Shown: positions 1-10,000, numbered from the stretch's first letter. The stretch is 64,000 bases of DNA from Candidatus Helarchaeota archaeon (GCA_019058315.1 JAHPZH010000009.1:136307-200306); one strand, 5' to 3'. Notes: generated by a model not told the origin, from the letters alone. Numbers and translations are program-made.

Positions 1-49
1 TTATTATTTCTTCTTCATTTAAATTGGAAATACCAATTTCATTAATCAT
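1..49 (-). CDS. 5' end of a gene running off the window (MINEIGISNLNEEEII...), possibly DUF3194-like
   Basis: Manual translation from ATG at 49. It lies directly downstream of pfdB, where DUF3194 genes often sit in archaea. Only 16 codons are visible. Confidence 0.35.
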   Translation of the reverse strand, partial: MINEIGISNLNEEEII

Positions 50-96
50 TTGACATCTAATGTATTGGACTTTAAGAAAAAATAGTATATATTCAA

Positions 97-492
97 CTAC
101 ATTGGACCAAGATTTCCAAGATCTGATGTAGTTCCTGGTCTTTGTAAAGCACTTTGAATTTTAGTCCTAGCTTCTTCGAATTGTTTCCTTGTACGCTCTT
201 CTTGTCTTTGTATTGTCTTAAGTCTCATCTCTAACGTATCTTTTTTATCAATTAGTTCTTCTTTCACTTTATCTTTTTGGGATTTTACTAAAATTGAACC
301 AACGTTTTTATATACAACTGAATCTTCATCTAATTTTTCTAATTCTGATAAGGCTTTTTCCGCCTCTTTCATTCTAATTTCCATTTGACTTTTCTGAGCA
401 ACCAGCATTTCTAATCGTTGTTGGAGTTGCTGAAGTTGCATAATTTGATGTTGTAATTGTGGTGGTATTTCTTGCATCTCTATTTTCTCCAT
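97..492 (-). CDS. pfdB: Prefoldin beta subunit
   Basis: Coiled coils flanking VYKNVGSILVK hairpin; last gene of exosome superoperon. Confidence 0.93.
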   Translation of the reverse strand: MEKIEMQEIPPQLQHQIMQLQQLQQRLEMLVAQKSQMEIRMKEAEKALSELEKLDEDSVVYKNVGSILVKSQKDKVKEELIDKKDTLEMRLKTIQRQEERTRKQFEEARTKIQSALQRPGTTSDLGNLGPM

Positions 493-713
493 TTGGTATT
501 TATTTTTATTTCCTCATTTCTTTTATCATTCAAGAGGAATTTTGTAAAAATATAGACTTAATAATAAGATAATATTTTTCTTTATTAAATTTATTTTAAA
601 TTAGATTATTACTTTTTAAATTAAAGAGAATATCTTGACGCAATATTCACCATTTAAGAGAAATTTTTCCTATTTTATCAGAATATATAATTTTTTAAAA
701 TTTAAAAAAGGAG

Positions 714-965
714 TTATTTTGTTATTTCGACAATACCTTCAATAATTTTAATCCAATTAATGTATGAATTTAGGGTTGCACGAAACGCTGTTGTATCTTT
801 TGCATCAATTGAAATTTTTAATTTATTACCCATTAACATTAATTTTGTACTAGATCTATAACTAAACGACTCATCACTTTCAGGATTAAGGGAGTTAAAG
901 TATATTTGGGCAATTTTTTCATTAAAAAAATCGAAAATAATTTCACTACAAATTTTTTTTACCAA
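714..965 (-). CDS. pcc1: KEOPS complex subunit Pcc1
   Basis: SLNPE...RS...I.AKDTTAFRATLNSYINWI motif; conserved position between rpl37ae and pfdB. Confidence 0.88.
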   Translation of the reverse strand: MVKKICSEIIFDFFNEKIAQIYFNSLNPESDESFSYRSSTKLMLMGNKLKISIDAKDTTAFRATLNSYINWIKIIEGIVEITK

Positions 966-985
966 CTTTTCACCGTAGAGTCTTA

Positions 986-1264
986 TTAAACTTGAGATCT
1001 AACACGTTTAATTGTTCTAAAAGCCTTTTTTCCTTCATCAGTCATAGGTATCCAAGCTCCACCAGAAAAAACTATTTTACATTTTTTACAACGCCAGATT
1101 CCTATTGATATCCGCTTCACGGATTTTGTTCTACATTGAGGACATTTATGAGGTGCTTTCATCCTTTCTTCGACTTTTTTTACTCTTTTCCGAACAATAG
1201 CACCATATCTTGGACCAAATCTTCCTGTAATTCCGACTTTTTTCGTTCTTCCCAATTTTATCAC
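986..1264 (-). CDS. rpl37ae: 50S ribosomal protein L37Ae (eL43)
   Basis: RTKKVGITGRFGPRYG, CPQC...GIWRCKKC...GGAW. Confidence 0.96.
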   Translation of the reverse strand: MIKLGRTKKVGITGRFGPRYGAIVRKRVKKVEERMKAPHKCPQCRTKSVKRISIGIWRCKKCKIVFSGGAWIPMTDEGKKAFRTIKRVRSQV

Positions 1265-1300
1265 TTATTGAATTTGAAGGAAATTTTCACTTAATTAATT

Positions 1301-2113
1301 TTAGGGTAGGTATTGAAATAATTCTTTCGATTTTTCTAATGTAATCTCAACACATTTTATAATTTCGTCTTTAGTAAAAATACCTTCTCTACCTTTTTGT
1401 ATGCTACAAATATTTCCAGATTCATCTACTGTAATTGTAATGCGTGCATCCATTATGCGATCCTCTTGTTCATTTGGATCAACCAGCAATTTATCTCCTA
1501 TCTTTGCTATTGTAACTGAAACTGCTTTATTGGAAAATGGGAGGGATAACCAATCTGCTTTTTTGTATTGTTCACCTAAAACTTCCACTTTATTATCAAC
1601 AATCTCAGTCCTTGGCATTTTTGCAGAAAGTAAAGCTGCCACTCCTGCTAATGTTCCCGCATCAAACATATTTCCATCATAAGATAAAACATATAAATCA
1701 ATAAAAATGATAAAAACTTGTTCGCCAGGAATTAAGCATAATTTAGAATAATCTACTATTTCTGAATGACGAATTCCTCTGTCAACTACACGTGCAACCT
1801 CAACAGAATCTTCATTTGGTGGTCCTGGTTCGAATATAGGGGATGCAAGAGCTGTAAGCTCGGCATTAACAGTGATTACTCCCCTATCAGGAGTATCTGG
1901 AAATGGAGGTCCAAGTGAAATCTTTACACCTGCAATAATATCTGTATTTCCAATTTTAACACGTGCTGACCCCTCAGCTTTTAGTATTACATCTGTCTCT
2001 ACAGATATTTTTCGATAATCTAAAAAATTCCTTCCGTCTATTCTCTGATCCTTTTTTACTAGAGAATTTATATGAGATTTTTCAATTTCAGAAATAATTT
2101 TAAAAGATTCCAT
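1301..2113 (-). CDS. rrp42: Exosome complex component Rrp42
   Basis: RIDGR, AEGSARVKIGNT, PFPDTP, FEPGPP, ARVVDRGIR, DGNMFDA motifs. Confidence 0.96.
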   Translation of the reverse strand: MESFKIISEIEKSHINSLVKKDQRIDGRNFLDYRKISVETDVILKAEGSARVKIGNTDIIAGVKISLGPPFPDTPDRGVITVNAELTALASPIFEPGPPNEDSVEVARVVDRGIRHSEIVDYSKLCLIPGEQVFIIFIDLYVLSYDGNMFDAGTLAGVAALLSAKMPRTEIVDNKVEVLGEQYKKADWLSLPFSNKAVSVTIAKIGDKLLVDPNEQEDRIMDARITITVDESGNICSIQKGREGIFTKDEIIKCVEITLEKSKELFQYLP

Positions 2114-2927
2114 TATATATCCTCCTCCTTTGATATTTCAGTTTCAATTTCTTTATCAAGTTGACTATATTTTCCCTTTATCGTCTGAATTTGAATTTCA
2201 TTTAATTTTTCAATTCCTTTTTCAGCAATATCCAAGGCTTTACGCATTTCATCAAATGTTATTTGACCATCAAATTGCAAAAGTGTATATGATTTAGATC
2301 GTGGCATCATTGCAATTGGTAAATCTCCCAAACCTTCTTTATCTTCAACATCCGATAAATCTAGAACTAATGTGGGTGGATCAGGATTTGCAATTTTACC
2401 TACTGCTACACCACAAACAAGGTCGCGTAATGATATTCCAGCATCCGCTAGAGCTAAAGAAGCCGCAGTAACCGCAGCACAACGTGTACCACCATCTGCA
2501 CAAAGGACTTGGATAAAAACATCTATTATAGTTTTTGGATAATATTCAAGAAATATTGATGATTCCAAAGCTTGTCGTAAAATTAGCGAAAGTTCGACTT
2601 CCCTTCTAGATGGGGCAGGAGATTTTCTCTCATCTACTTTATTCCAAATTATTCACTCGGTATAATTTAAGCGAACGTAGCCATGCGATAAAGTACTCGC
2701 AAAACTGCCGCATCTTGACGGGCTAAATGACGAGGGTGAACTTCACGTGGTCCATAAACTGCGACCAAAATTTTATTCTTTCCCATATTTATTAAAGCAG
2801 AACCATCTGCTTTTGTTAATAATCCCATCTCCATTGAGACTGGTCTTAATTCATCATATTTCCTATTATCTGTTCTTATTCCATCCCTAATTAACCAATC
2901 AGCTGGGACTTGTTTAAAAAGTGCCAT
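2113..2927 (-). CDS. rrp41: Exosome catalytic subunit Rrp41, intron-containing: join(2927..2671, 2638..2113), about 260 aa after splicing
   Basis: The ORF-track pieces 2667..2936 and 2113..2568 are the two halves of an RNase PH fold (VYGPREVHPRH; DGGTRCA; GDLPIA). Removing 2639..2670 gives YRMATFA-VDERKSPAPSRREVELS in frame. GGTGA SD lies 6 nt before ATG 2927. Confidence 0.93.
2639..2670 (-). other. 32-nt bulge-helix-bulge intron in rrp41 mRNA
   Basis: Minus strand reads CUAC-GUUC-GC^U-UAAAUUAU-(9 nt)-AUAAUUUG-GAAU-AA^A-GUAG: outer helix, 4-bp central helix, two 3-nt bulges and an 8-bp intron stem. Confidence 0.9.
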
Positions 2928-2982
2928 AATTATCACCTTTTTATATATTTTTTTAATTCATATCTAAATTTCGATTTTCAAT

Positions 2983-3687
2983 TTACTTCTTCTTTTTTTC
3001 ATTCTCTATCAAAATTTTTACTCTATCTGTGAGGCCAGAAGTATGTGCCTCTCGTTCAATTTTCTTAATAATTTTAATCAATAATTGTTCATCTTCTAAG
3101 TTTTTTGTAGATATCCAAACCAAACCATTTTGTCCAACTACGATTTGGCTTTTTGTTGCTTCTTTAATTAAATTTATCATAGAACCCTTTCTTCCTATCA
3201 ATCTAGGTATTTTCGCAGAAGCAATTTTTATTACTTTTCCTCCGCGCAATTTACCATATCCTTTACCTCTTATTGATAGAACAGGATCTCTTGTTCTGTT
3301 AAATGCTATTATCTCCCCCACAATAATTTGTCCGATATCAAAATAATTTTTGATATTATCTTTTAAAGGATTAAATGCTCGGTCTATTACATTTGTAACA
3401 TGTAAGGAAGCTGTATATGGAGAATCAATATCAACTTTCCAGCTAACGATGGATGTATTTATAATTTTTCCTATAACAACATCACCGACCTTAGGTACAT
3501 AAGGTCCACTGAAGGGAACTACATATACATTATTATTTCCTCTAATCTCTGAAAACCCAATAATAGATGCATAAAGTTTATCCTCTTCCTTGTATGTTCC
3601 AAATCCTGCTCTATACTTAGAACCTTCTACAATTAATTCGCCTGGCACTACAATACGATGCCGTTCAAAACTATCTCCATTTGACAA
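2983..3687 (-). CDS. rrp4: Exosome RNA-binding cap protein Rrp4
   Basis: IVVPGE, YVPKVGDVVIGKI (S1), KIPRLIGRKGSMI (KH), REAHTSGLTDRV. Confidence 0.96.
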   Translation of the reverse strand: MSNGDSFERHRIVVPGELIVEGSKYRAGFGTYKEEDKLYASIIGFSEIRGNNNVYVVPFSGPYVPKVGDVVIGKIINTSIVSWKVDIDSPYTASLHVTNVIDRAFNPLKDNIKNYFDIGQIIVGEIIAFNRTRDPVLSIRGKGYGKLRGGKVIKIASAKIPRLIGRKGSMINLIKEATKSQIVVGQNGLVWISTKNLEDEQLLIKIIKKIEREAHTSGLTDRVKILIENEKKKK

Positions 3688-3715
3688 AAAAAGTCCTCCT
3701 TTATTTTTAAAACTG

Positions 3716-4450
3716 TTAAAAGAGTGTTTCCTTTAATTTCTTAATATCATGTTTACCTTTTGTTAAATTTTTAAGTTGGTCATTTAATTCAGCATGGACA
3801 CCAACAGGAAGGTCAATTAATGCTATCCATGATCCATCAGATTGCCATTCATCTTTAGAAATTGTACCATACTTTGAAACAATGCCATAAGCTTTTCCTG
3901 TATATTGAGCTGGAATTTTTACAGCAAGAGTAATTCGTTCCATTTTAATAGGGATAATTTCTGCTAATTTCTTCACAATTTTCTTTGCTTGCTCAACAAT
4001 TTCCTCATTGGAATCTATAGATATTTTTGCATCTTCCATTGCACGTTCAATGCGAGCTGGTGGATGTGGAAGCCCAGTTTTGGGATTTACACAATTACGA
4101 TTGATAAAATAAATAATTTTTTTTCTAATTTTCTCCGTAAATTCTTTTCTCATTTCAGCTGTAATGTGCAGTTCTCCATTTTTTAAAATCTCTTCTGAAA
4201 TTTCAAAAATGTCATCAGTTTCAAATATTTTCTGAAATAACTCCGAATCTGTCAATTTTTCACCGCGTAAAGCGTCTGAAAAAATGTAATATCCAATTAA
4301 AATATCACGTATTTCAATATCCTTTCCTTCTTTGAATTGCCAAGCTAGCTTCGGATCTACTAAGATCTCAAAATGATGTCCCATACTATCATAACGAACT
4401 ATGGTTGCTTTTCCAAGATCTAGTCTTTTCTGTCCCCTTATAGAAACCAT
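3716..4450 (-). CDS. sdo1: Ribosome maturation protein SBDS/Sdo1
   Basis: HFEILVDP, NPKTGLPHPPARIERAM, EWQSDGSW. Confidence 0.95.
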   Translation of the reverse strand: MVSIRGQKRLDLGKATIVRYDSMGHHFEILVDPKLAWQFKEGKDIEIRDILIGYYIFSDALRGEKLTDSELFQKIFETDDIFEISEEILKNGELHITAEMRKEFTEKIRKKIIYFINRNCVNPKTGLPHPPARIERAMEDAKISIDSNEEIVEQAKKIVKKLAEIIPIKMERITLAVKIPAQYTGKAYGIVSKYGTISKDEWQSDGSWIALIDLPVGVHAELNDQLKNLTKGKHDIKKLKETLF

Positions 4451-4467
4451 ATTTATCTGATCTACTT

Positions 4468-5181
4468 CTAAATCCTTTGTATATATTTATCCAATTCCTC
4501 GGTAGCTAATCTTTCGAATTCCTTAGTTTCAGTACGTGCTATTGCCACTTCTACCTTAGTTGAATCAAGTTCAGTTTCGATTACTTGTTTTAATGCTTTA
4601 AGAGCTAACTCAATTGCTTGATCTAATGTCATTTCAGGCTTATATTCTTTTTCGAGTTCTTCTTGTACTGTCTGAGCACCAGAGCCAATAGCATTGGCAC
4701 GATAGCCCCAAAATGCCCCTGATGGATCAGTTAAAAATAATTGAGGCCCTTTTTCATCAATTCCAGCAATTAATAGACTTACACCGAAAGGGCGAACTCC
4801 TGCATGTTGCGTATATAATTGTTTTAGATCACATATCTTTTTTGTTAGCATTTGAATATCAATTGACTCATCATAAGTGAGTTTATTTATTTGACATTGA
4901 ATTCTAGCATGATCTACTAGAACTCTTGCATCAGCTGTCAAACCAGCTATAGCACAGCCAACATGATTATCAATTTTAAAAATCTTTTCTACACTTTCAG
5001 GTTCCTGAAGTGCAAGAATTCTTTTTTCTACTGTACAAACAACACCTTCAGAACATAAAATGCCAATTGCAGTAGTACCCTTTCTAACTGCTTCCATGGC
5101 ATATTCTACTTGAAAGAGTCTTCCATCTGGACTAAAGATCGTGATTGCACGGTCATAGCCCATACCTGGTGGCGCGAACAT
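4468..5181 (-). CDS. psmA: Proteasome alpha subunit (probable start MFAPPGMGYDR)
   Basis: YDRAITIFSPDGRLFQVEYA, GLTADAR, RPFGVSLL; GTAGGTG SD-like sequence before the internal ATG. Confidence 0.97.
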   Translation of the reverse strand: MFAPPGMGYDRAITIFSPDGRLFQVEYAMEAVRKGTTAIGILCSEGVVCTVEKRILALQEPESVEKIFKIDNHVGCAIAGLTADARVLVDHARIQCQINKLTYDESIDIQMLTKKICDLKQLYTQHAGVRPFGVSLLIAGIDEKGPQLFLTDPSGAFWGYRANAIGSGAQTVQEELEKEYKPEMTLDQAIELALKALKQVIETELDSTKVEVAIARTETKEFERLATEELDKYIQRI

Positions 5182-5546
5182 AATGCATAAACACCTACCT
5201 TTTCTTAAATTAACCAATTCTTTATTTCAAAGTTAAATATATTTTCATAAGAAATTATAGTTTATTTTTTTTACTCTTTTGTATAAATTTATTTCTTTTA
5301 TTTACACAAGATTTTCTTATACAAAAATGTTTTTTTCCTTTATTTATATTCATAATTGTTATTTTAAAAAAAAATAAATTTTTTTTCCTTAAATTTTTTG
5401 GTGAATTTATTAAAAAAGAATTAAAATTTCTTTAATTAAATATAACCGAACTAAATTTCAACATAGAACCGTTTAAAAAACACATATACTTAAAATTCTA
5501 ACGATTTTTTAAATAAATTTTGATTTAAAACCTTCTATCATAGATT

Positions 5547-6056
5547 TTAACTTTGTACAGCGTATAAATATAGAATAGTTATTATACAACCCAAAATTGT
5601 AAAAACACTCATAACAGCAGAACCTGAAGCAAATGCATAAATCAAGGTTAATAAACCAGTTCCAATAATAAAGATAATCATTGATAATAAACCAGCTGTA
5701 TGCCTTCTGTATTCTAACAAATTAGCAAATCCTATGAATATGAATGCGAAAAATAGTGATAACAGAAAAGCAGTAAAAATATCAGCTAATGTAATAATTC
5801 CCAATTTCACTGACCATAAACTTCTGATAAAAATAAGAATACCGTCACTACCAAAAAAATACTCACCAAAGGGATTTTTAAACGGATTCTGAAATTCCAA
5901 AGTCATTGGGATATAAATAATGAAATAAATAAGAAGAATAACTAAGGATATAAAAAGACATAGATAAAACGAAAAAAGCATTTTTTGTCGGATTTCGGCT
6001 CTTCTTAATCTTTCTTTTTTAGTTATAACTCTTTTTGACATTAAAAAAAAATCCAA
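5547..6056 (-). CDS. Hypothetical membrane protein (about 4 TM)
   Basis: Basic N-terminus followed by hydrophobic segments. Confidence 0.6.
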   Translation of the reverse strand: MDFFLMSKRVITKKERLRRAEIRQKMLFSFYLCLFISLVILLIYFIIYIPMTLEFQNPFKNPFGEYFFGSDGILIFIRSLWSVKLGIITLADIFTAFLLSLFFAFIFIGFANLLEYRRHTAGLLSMIIFIIGTGLLTLIYAFASGSAVMSVFTILGCIITILYLYAVQS

Positions 6057-6124
6057 TAATACTTTTTTTTAAATAGGAAGTAAATAAATAATAAAAATTT
6101 GGTAAAGATATTTATTTTTAATCG

Positions 6125-6571
6125 GTGAAAATGTCTTCTGAAATCCACGTAATTACAATTAGAGATTCTGATTTAGACAAATTAGTAGAATTTACAAAAA
6201 AAACTTACCCATACGAGTCATGTGCATTATTTATAGGGAATATAAATGGTCATAAAGCAACAGTAGACGAAATTTTATTTGCTGAAAATATTGATTACTC
6301 TCATGTTAGCTTTTCAATTAACCCTGAATTTCTATATCAAGTTTATATGAAAGCAGAAAAAGAAAATAAGGTGATTACAGGTATATTTCATTCCCATCCG
6401 ACTGTCTCTGCTCCTTCGTCAGTTGATTTGAAATATATGGAATATAATCCAGTAGCATGGATTATTTTAGGTGTTTTGGATGAAACTAATATAAAAAAGG
6501 AAGATATGCGAGCTTATCAATACTGGGAAAATTCAATAAAAGAAGTAAAAATAGAAATTATGAACATTTGA
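6125..6571 (+). CDS. JAMM/MPN+ (Mov34) metalloprotease
   Basis: PYESCALFIG...IFHSHP....PSSVD JAMM motif. Confidence 0.88.
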   Translation: MKMSSEIHVITIRDSDLDKLVEFTKKTYPYESCALFIGNINGHKATVDEILFAENIDYSHVSFSINPEFLYQVYMKAEKENKVITGIFHSHPTVSAPSSVDLKYMEYNPVAWIILGVLDETNIKKEDMRAYQYWENSIKEVKIEIMNI

Positions 6572-6696
6572 ATTAGGTATATAATTTATTGAAATATTAG
6601 TGCTTAATTTACATTTTTGCTTTAAAACAAAAATATATTAACAATAAATCAACATTAAAGAATAGTATTTTAAAAAGTATAAGAAAGTGAAATTGA

Positions 6697-7404
6697 ATGG
6701 GTAACACTGAACTCTTAGTAGTATTATATATGTTATTGACTCGACCAAGGGGTTTTCCATTATTCGATTACTTTGCTGATAATGCAGCTGGGATGTTAGC
6801 ATTAGGAGGTCTCTTTGCTGGATTTTGGTTTATTGATTGGATAATTAGGCACCCCGAAGCTGAGGAAGAAAGACCTGCATATTTAGTAGCTATTGATATC
6901 ATCGGGTTTTTTATTGGAATCATCTGTTTAGGCAGTGGGATCACTTTATTGTTGAATGGACAAGATCCAATAACTGAAGCTATCGGTGGATTTATAGGGG
7001 GTAAACATGATATTTTTACGAAGGGTCTGATTATAGCAGTCGGTTTATGTTTATTCTTAAAACCAATTAAAGATATTCCTTGGGCAAGTTTGATTGCAAT
7101 GATCGCTGGCGCTGTAGTTGTTTTTCTTGCAATAACTTATCTTGAAACTACCTTTACACAGCTTGCTGGACTTTTAGGTATTGATGTAAAACTTCTTTAT
7201 GGTATCATTTTCGTATTAGTATATGGTATTATATTCAGTATGTTCGGTTTAGCTCAATATATTCTACGTATAGTAGCTACAATATTAAGTTCAAGACCAG
7301 GTTCATTTGTTTTATTTGTATTATGCATGATTCAAGCATTATTGATTATCTTGCCACCCCATCCAGACGCTTATAGTCTTGCTCCACTCTTTGGATTAAC
7401 CTAA
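6697..7404 (+). CDS. Hypothetical multi-pass membrane protein
   Basis: About 6-7 hydrophobic helices. Confidence 0.7.
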   Translation: MGNTELLVVLYMLLTRPRGFPLFDYFADNAAGMLALGGLFAGFWFIDWIIRHPEAEEERPAYLVAIDIIGFFIGIICLGSGITLLLNGQDPITEAIGGFIGGKHDIFTKGLIIAVGLCLFLKPIKDIPWASLIAMIAGAVVVFLAITYLETTFTQLAGLLGIDVKLLYGIIFVLVYGIIFSMFGLAQYILRIVATILSSRPGSFVLFVLCMIQALLIILPPHPDAYSLAPLFGLT

Positions 7405-8046
7405 TCTACCTTTTAATTTTATTTTTGTTAAATACTGATAAGTCAGTGTTTGGCTAGGTGATTTTAAAAAAAGAAAAAGATCTTTAGGTAAATCAATATC
7501 TAATCCAAAATTTTTAGAATTATGTATTATTAAATTGTGATTTTTTACATTACGAGCTTTCTCAATATGTTTTTGAAAACTATTTTCACCATATTCAATT
7601 TTAATTATGTCAGAAGGCATTAGAAATAAAAGATTAGTACCATTCTTTCTTAAAGATGGAGATATTATAATTGTAGGTGGGTTGATTTCATAATTAAATA
7701 TCTCATCAATATCGTTTGAGGTTATAAGTGGAATATCTCCAGGAATTATTAAAACTGAATTTGCATTTTTTTTGATTGCAAATTCTATAGCAGAATTTAT
7801 TGATTCATTTATATTTGTTTCCATTTGCTCGCTTATTATATCTCCAAATTGAGAACCAATATCTAATATCATTGGATCAGAAGAGATTGTAACAATTTTA
7901 TTGGTTTTTTGAGTTGCACTTGCTGCCTGTATTACATCTTTAAACATATTGATACATAGTTTTTTTCTCTGTTCAGAGTTTAAAATGGAATTTAGTCTTA
8001 ACTTTGCGAATTCTAGAGATTTAACCGGGATAATTATAAAATTCAT
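7396..8046 (-). CDS. cofC: 2-phospho-L-lactate/PEP guanylyltransferase CofC
   Basis: IIPVKSLEFAKLRL, IPGDIPL, NGTN, LDIDLPKDL. Confidence 0.92.
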   Translation of the reverse strand: MNFIIIPVKSLEFAKLRLNSILNSEQRKKLCINMFKDVIQAASATQKTNKIVTISSDPMILDIGSQFGDIISEQMETNINESINSAIEFAIKKNANSVLIIPGDIPLITSNDIDEIFNYEINPPTIIISPSLRKNGTNLLFLMPSDIIKIEYGENSFQKHIEKARNVKNHNLIIHNSKNFGLDIDLPKDLFLFLKSPSQTLTYQYLTKIKLKGRLG

Positions 8047-8997
8047 TCATCCCACATTTAATTTCATCGCATCTAATGTAATTTGTGCTAAGTTTTTCTT
8101 AATTTCTAAATTCTTCATTAAAGTATTAGTAATTATTACTTTAATTCCTAATTTTTCAATTTCACTTTTTCTATCTTTATCAATTTCATCAATAACAAAT
8201 GTCTTAATCAAGTTTTTATAGAATTTTGCTACGCCAAAACAAGAAACTTCCATTCCTAAACCCTTCATGAGCCTATCAAGAGGTCCTTTTACTGGTTTAT
8301 TTCCTATTATTGGACTTATTCCAATAATTGGTTTATCAATTTGTTCTAAAGCCAATTTAATTTCCTTAATGGATAAAATAGTATTTATACTCACAAGTGG
8401 ATTACTAGGACCTATTAATATCCCTTCAGCATTCTTAATTATATCCAATATCCCATTTGTAGGTTTAGCATCTTCAGCTCCCTCATAAATAATTTCTAAA
8501 ACTTTATCTTGTGCTTTTCTCTCAATCATATATTCTTCAAAATGAATAATACCATCTGGAGTTCTAATTTTGGTCATGACCTTTTGATTAGTCATTGGAA
8601 TTAAATTTACTTCAACTCCAAGATGTTGACATAATTTTTTAGTAATTTCAGAAAGTTTTAACCCCGATTTTAATAAATTAGTTCTATAAATATGCGTTGC
8701 TAAATCTTTATCTCCCAGTTTAAACCATGTATCTTGTTTATACCTACTTAGCATTTCTAGGCAATTTGTAGTATCATTATCTATTCCCCAACCTTGCATT
8801 TTATCTACAATTCCAGAAAGAGTATACATAATTATATCTAAATCTGGTGAGATTGAAAGACCATATAGCTCAAAGTCATCAGCTGTATTTACTATAACGT
8901 ATAAATCTTTTGGGTTCACTATTTGAACCAATCCTTGGAGAAATCTTGCCGCACCTACTCCACCGGCTAAAACTACAATCAAACAGATTGCCCCCAT
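8047..8997 (-). CDS. cofD: 2-phospho-L-lactate transferase CofD
   Basis: LAGGVGAARF, VNTADD, ISPDLD, LGDKDLATH, GPSNP..SI. Confidence 0.95.
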   Translation of the reverse strand: MGAICLIVVLAGGVGAARFLQGLVQIVNPKDLYVIVNTADDFELYGLSISPDLDIIMYTLSGIVDKMQGWGIDNDTTNCLEMLSRYKQDTWFKLGDKDLATHIYRTNLLKSGLKLSEITKKLCQHLGVEVNLIPMTNQKVMTKIRTPDGIIHFEEYMIERKAQDKVLEIIYEGAEDAKPTNGILDIIKNAEGILIGPSNPLVSINTILSIKEIKLALEQIDKPIIGISPIIGNKPVKGPLDRLMKGLGMEVSCFGVAKFYKNLIKTFVIDEIDKDRKSEIEKLGIKVIITNTLMKNLEIKKNLAQITLDAMKLNVG

Positions 8998-9668
8998 TTA
9001 TTTTTAAAAGTAATTTTTTTAATTTCTATCCTTGAAGGCGGTGAAGGGGTTTCATCTGGATAACCAACTGTTATAAAAGCTTGAGGATCATGGTCTTTAG
9101 GTATACCCAATACTTTACGAACTATATCCTGACAAAATAATGGAGCACAATACCAACAGCACCCAAAACCATTTGTATAACTGACTAAGAGAAAATTTTG
9201 TATTGCTGCACTTACACTTTGGATTGCCATAATATATTCTGCATTTTGTCTTTTTTTATCAGGATATTTATGCATTCTTTCCATTGATAGACATGGGATT
9301 AAGATAATTGGTGCTGCTGTAAATTTTCTGATTGATTCTTCAATAATATCTTTTCTAGATGGCTCTGCAATTTGATCTTTTTCTAGATCGTTCTCATATT
9401 CTTCTGCCATTTTTTTAACTAATTCAGATTTTACTTGAGGATCTTCGATAATTAAAAAATAATATGGCATTGCATTATGTGCTGAAGGTGCCCAAATAGA
9501 AAATTCTAGAATTTCTACTATTTTAGAAATATCAATTGGGTTTTTTTTATATTTTCTAATACTTCTTCTTAATTTTATTACATCTTTTATATCCAATATT
9601 AAAAACCCCAATAGTAAAAGGTCATTAAACTTGAATAAAAAAAAATTTTTAAAAATATTTAACGTCAA
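8979..9668 (-). CDS. FMN nitroreductase-family protein resembling the FbiB C-terminal domain (true start probably a little downstream)
   Basis: RRSIRKY, WAPSAHN, AAIQNFLL, CWYCAPLFC; overlaps the cofD start. Confidence 0.8.
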   Translation of the reverse strand: MTLNIFKNFFLFKFNDLLLLGFLILDIKDVIKLRRSIRKYKKNPIDISKIVEILEFSIWAPSAHNAMPYYFLIIEDPQVKSELVKKMAEEYENDLEKDQIAEPSRKDIIEESIRKFTAAPIILIPCLSMERMHKYPDKKRQNAEYIMAIQSVSAAIQNFLLVSYTNGFGCCWYCAPLFCQDIVRKVLGIPKDHDPQAFITVGYPDETPSPPSRIEIKKITFKNKWGQSV

Positions 9669-9773
9669 AAATCCAAATTTTCAATAATCTGATTTAAAAA
9701 ATGAGTAAAAAAGCATATTTTATTATTTAATTCCCCTATTTTATTAAATTTAAATCAATTTAGATCAAAATTA

Positions 9774-9843
9774 GGGATCAAATCGTCGCAGAGCTCATCA
9801 TCAGTGTTGGATTTTTTCAGCTTGGGGCGACGATATCATTTCC
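9774..9843 (-). ncRNA. Candidate C/D-box-like (double K-turn) sRNA
   Basis: GGA-AAUGAUA...CUGA...UGAUGA...UUGA-UCC; GC-richer island in AT-rich spacer; TTTAAA about 20-25 nt upstream. Confidence 0.55.
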
Positions 9844-10000
9844 GAGTTATATTTTATTATCTTTAAATTTAAAAATTACGTAATTACGCGCTATAAATAA
9901 AAAAACTCTGAAATGCAAAAAAAGAATTTTGCAAAAAACATTTAAAATCATATTAATTGGGAAATATAAATTAAAAATGAAAAGTCCAGAGGTAAGTTTT

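Noticed and set aside
2569-2670. rrp41 (and likewise the HDAC gene) as pseudogene, programmed frameshift or stop readthrough
   Set aside because: These would leave about 10 extra residues inside conserved motifs and need both readthrough and a frameshift. Exact BHB excision restores the motif cleanly.
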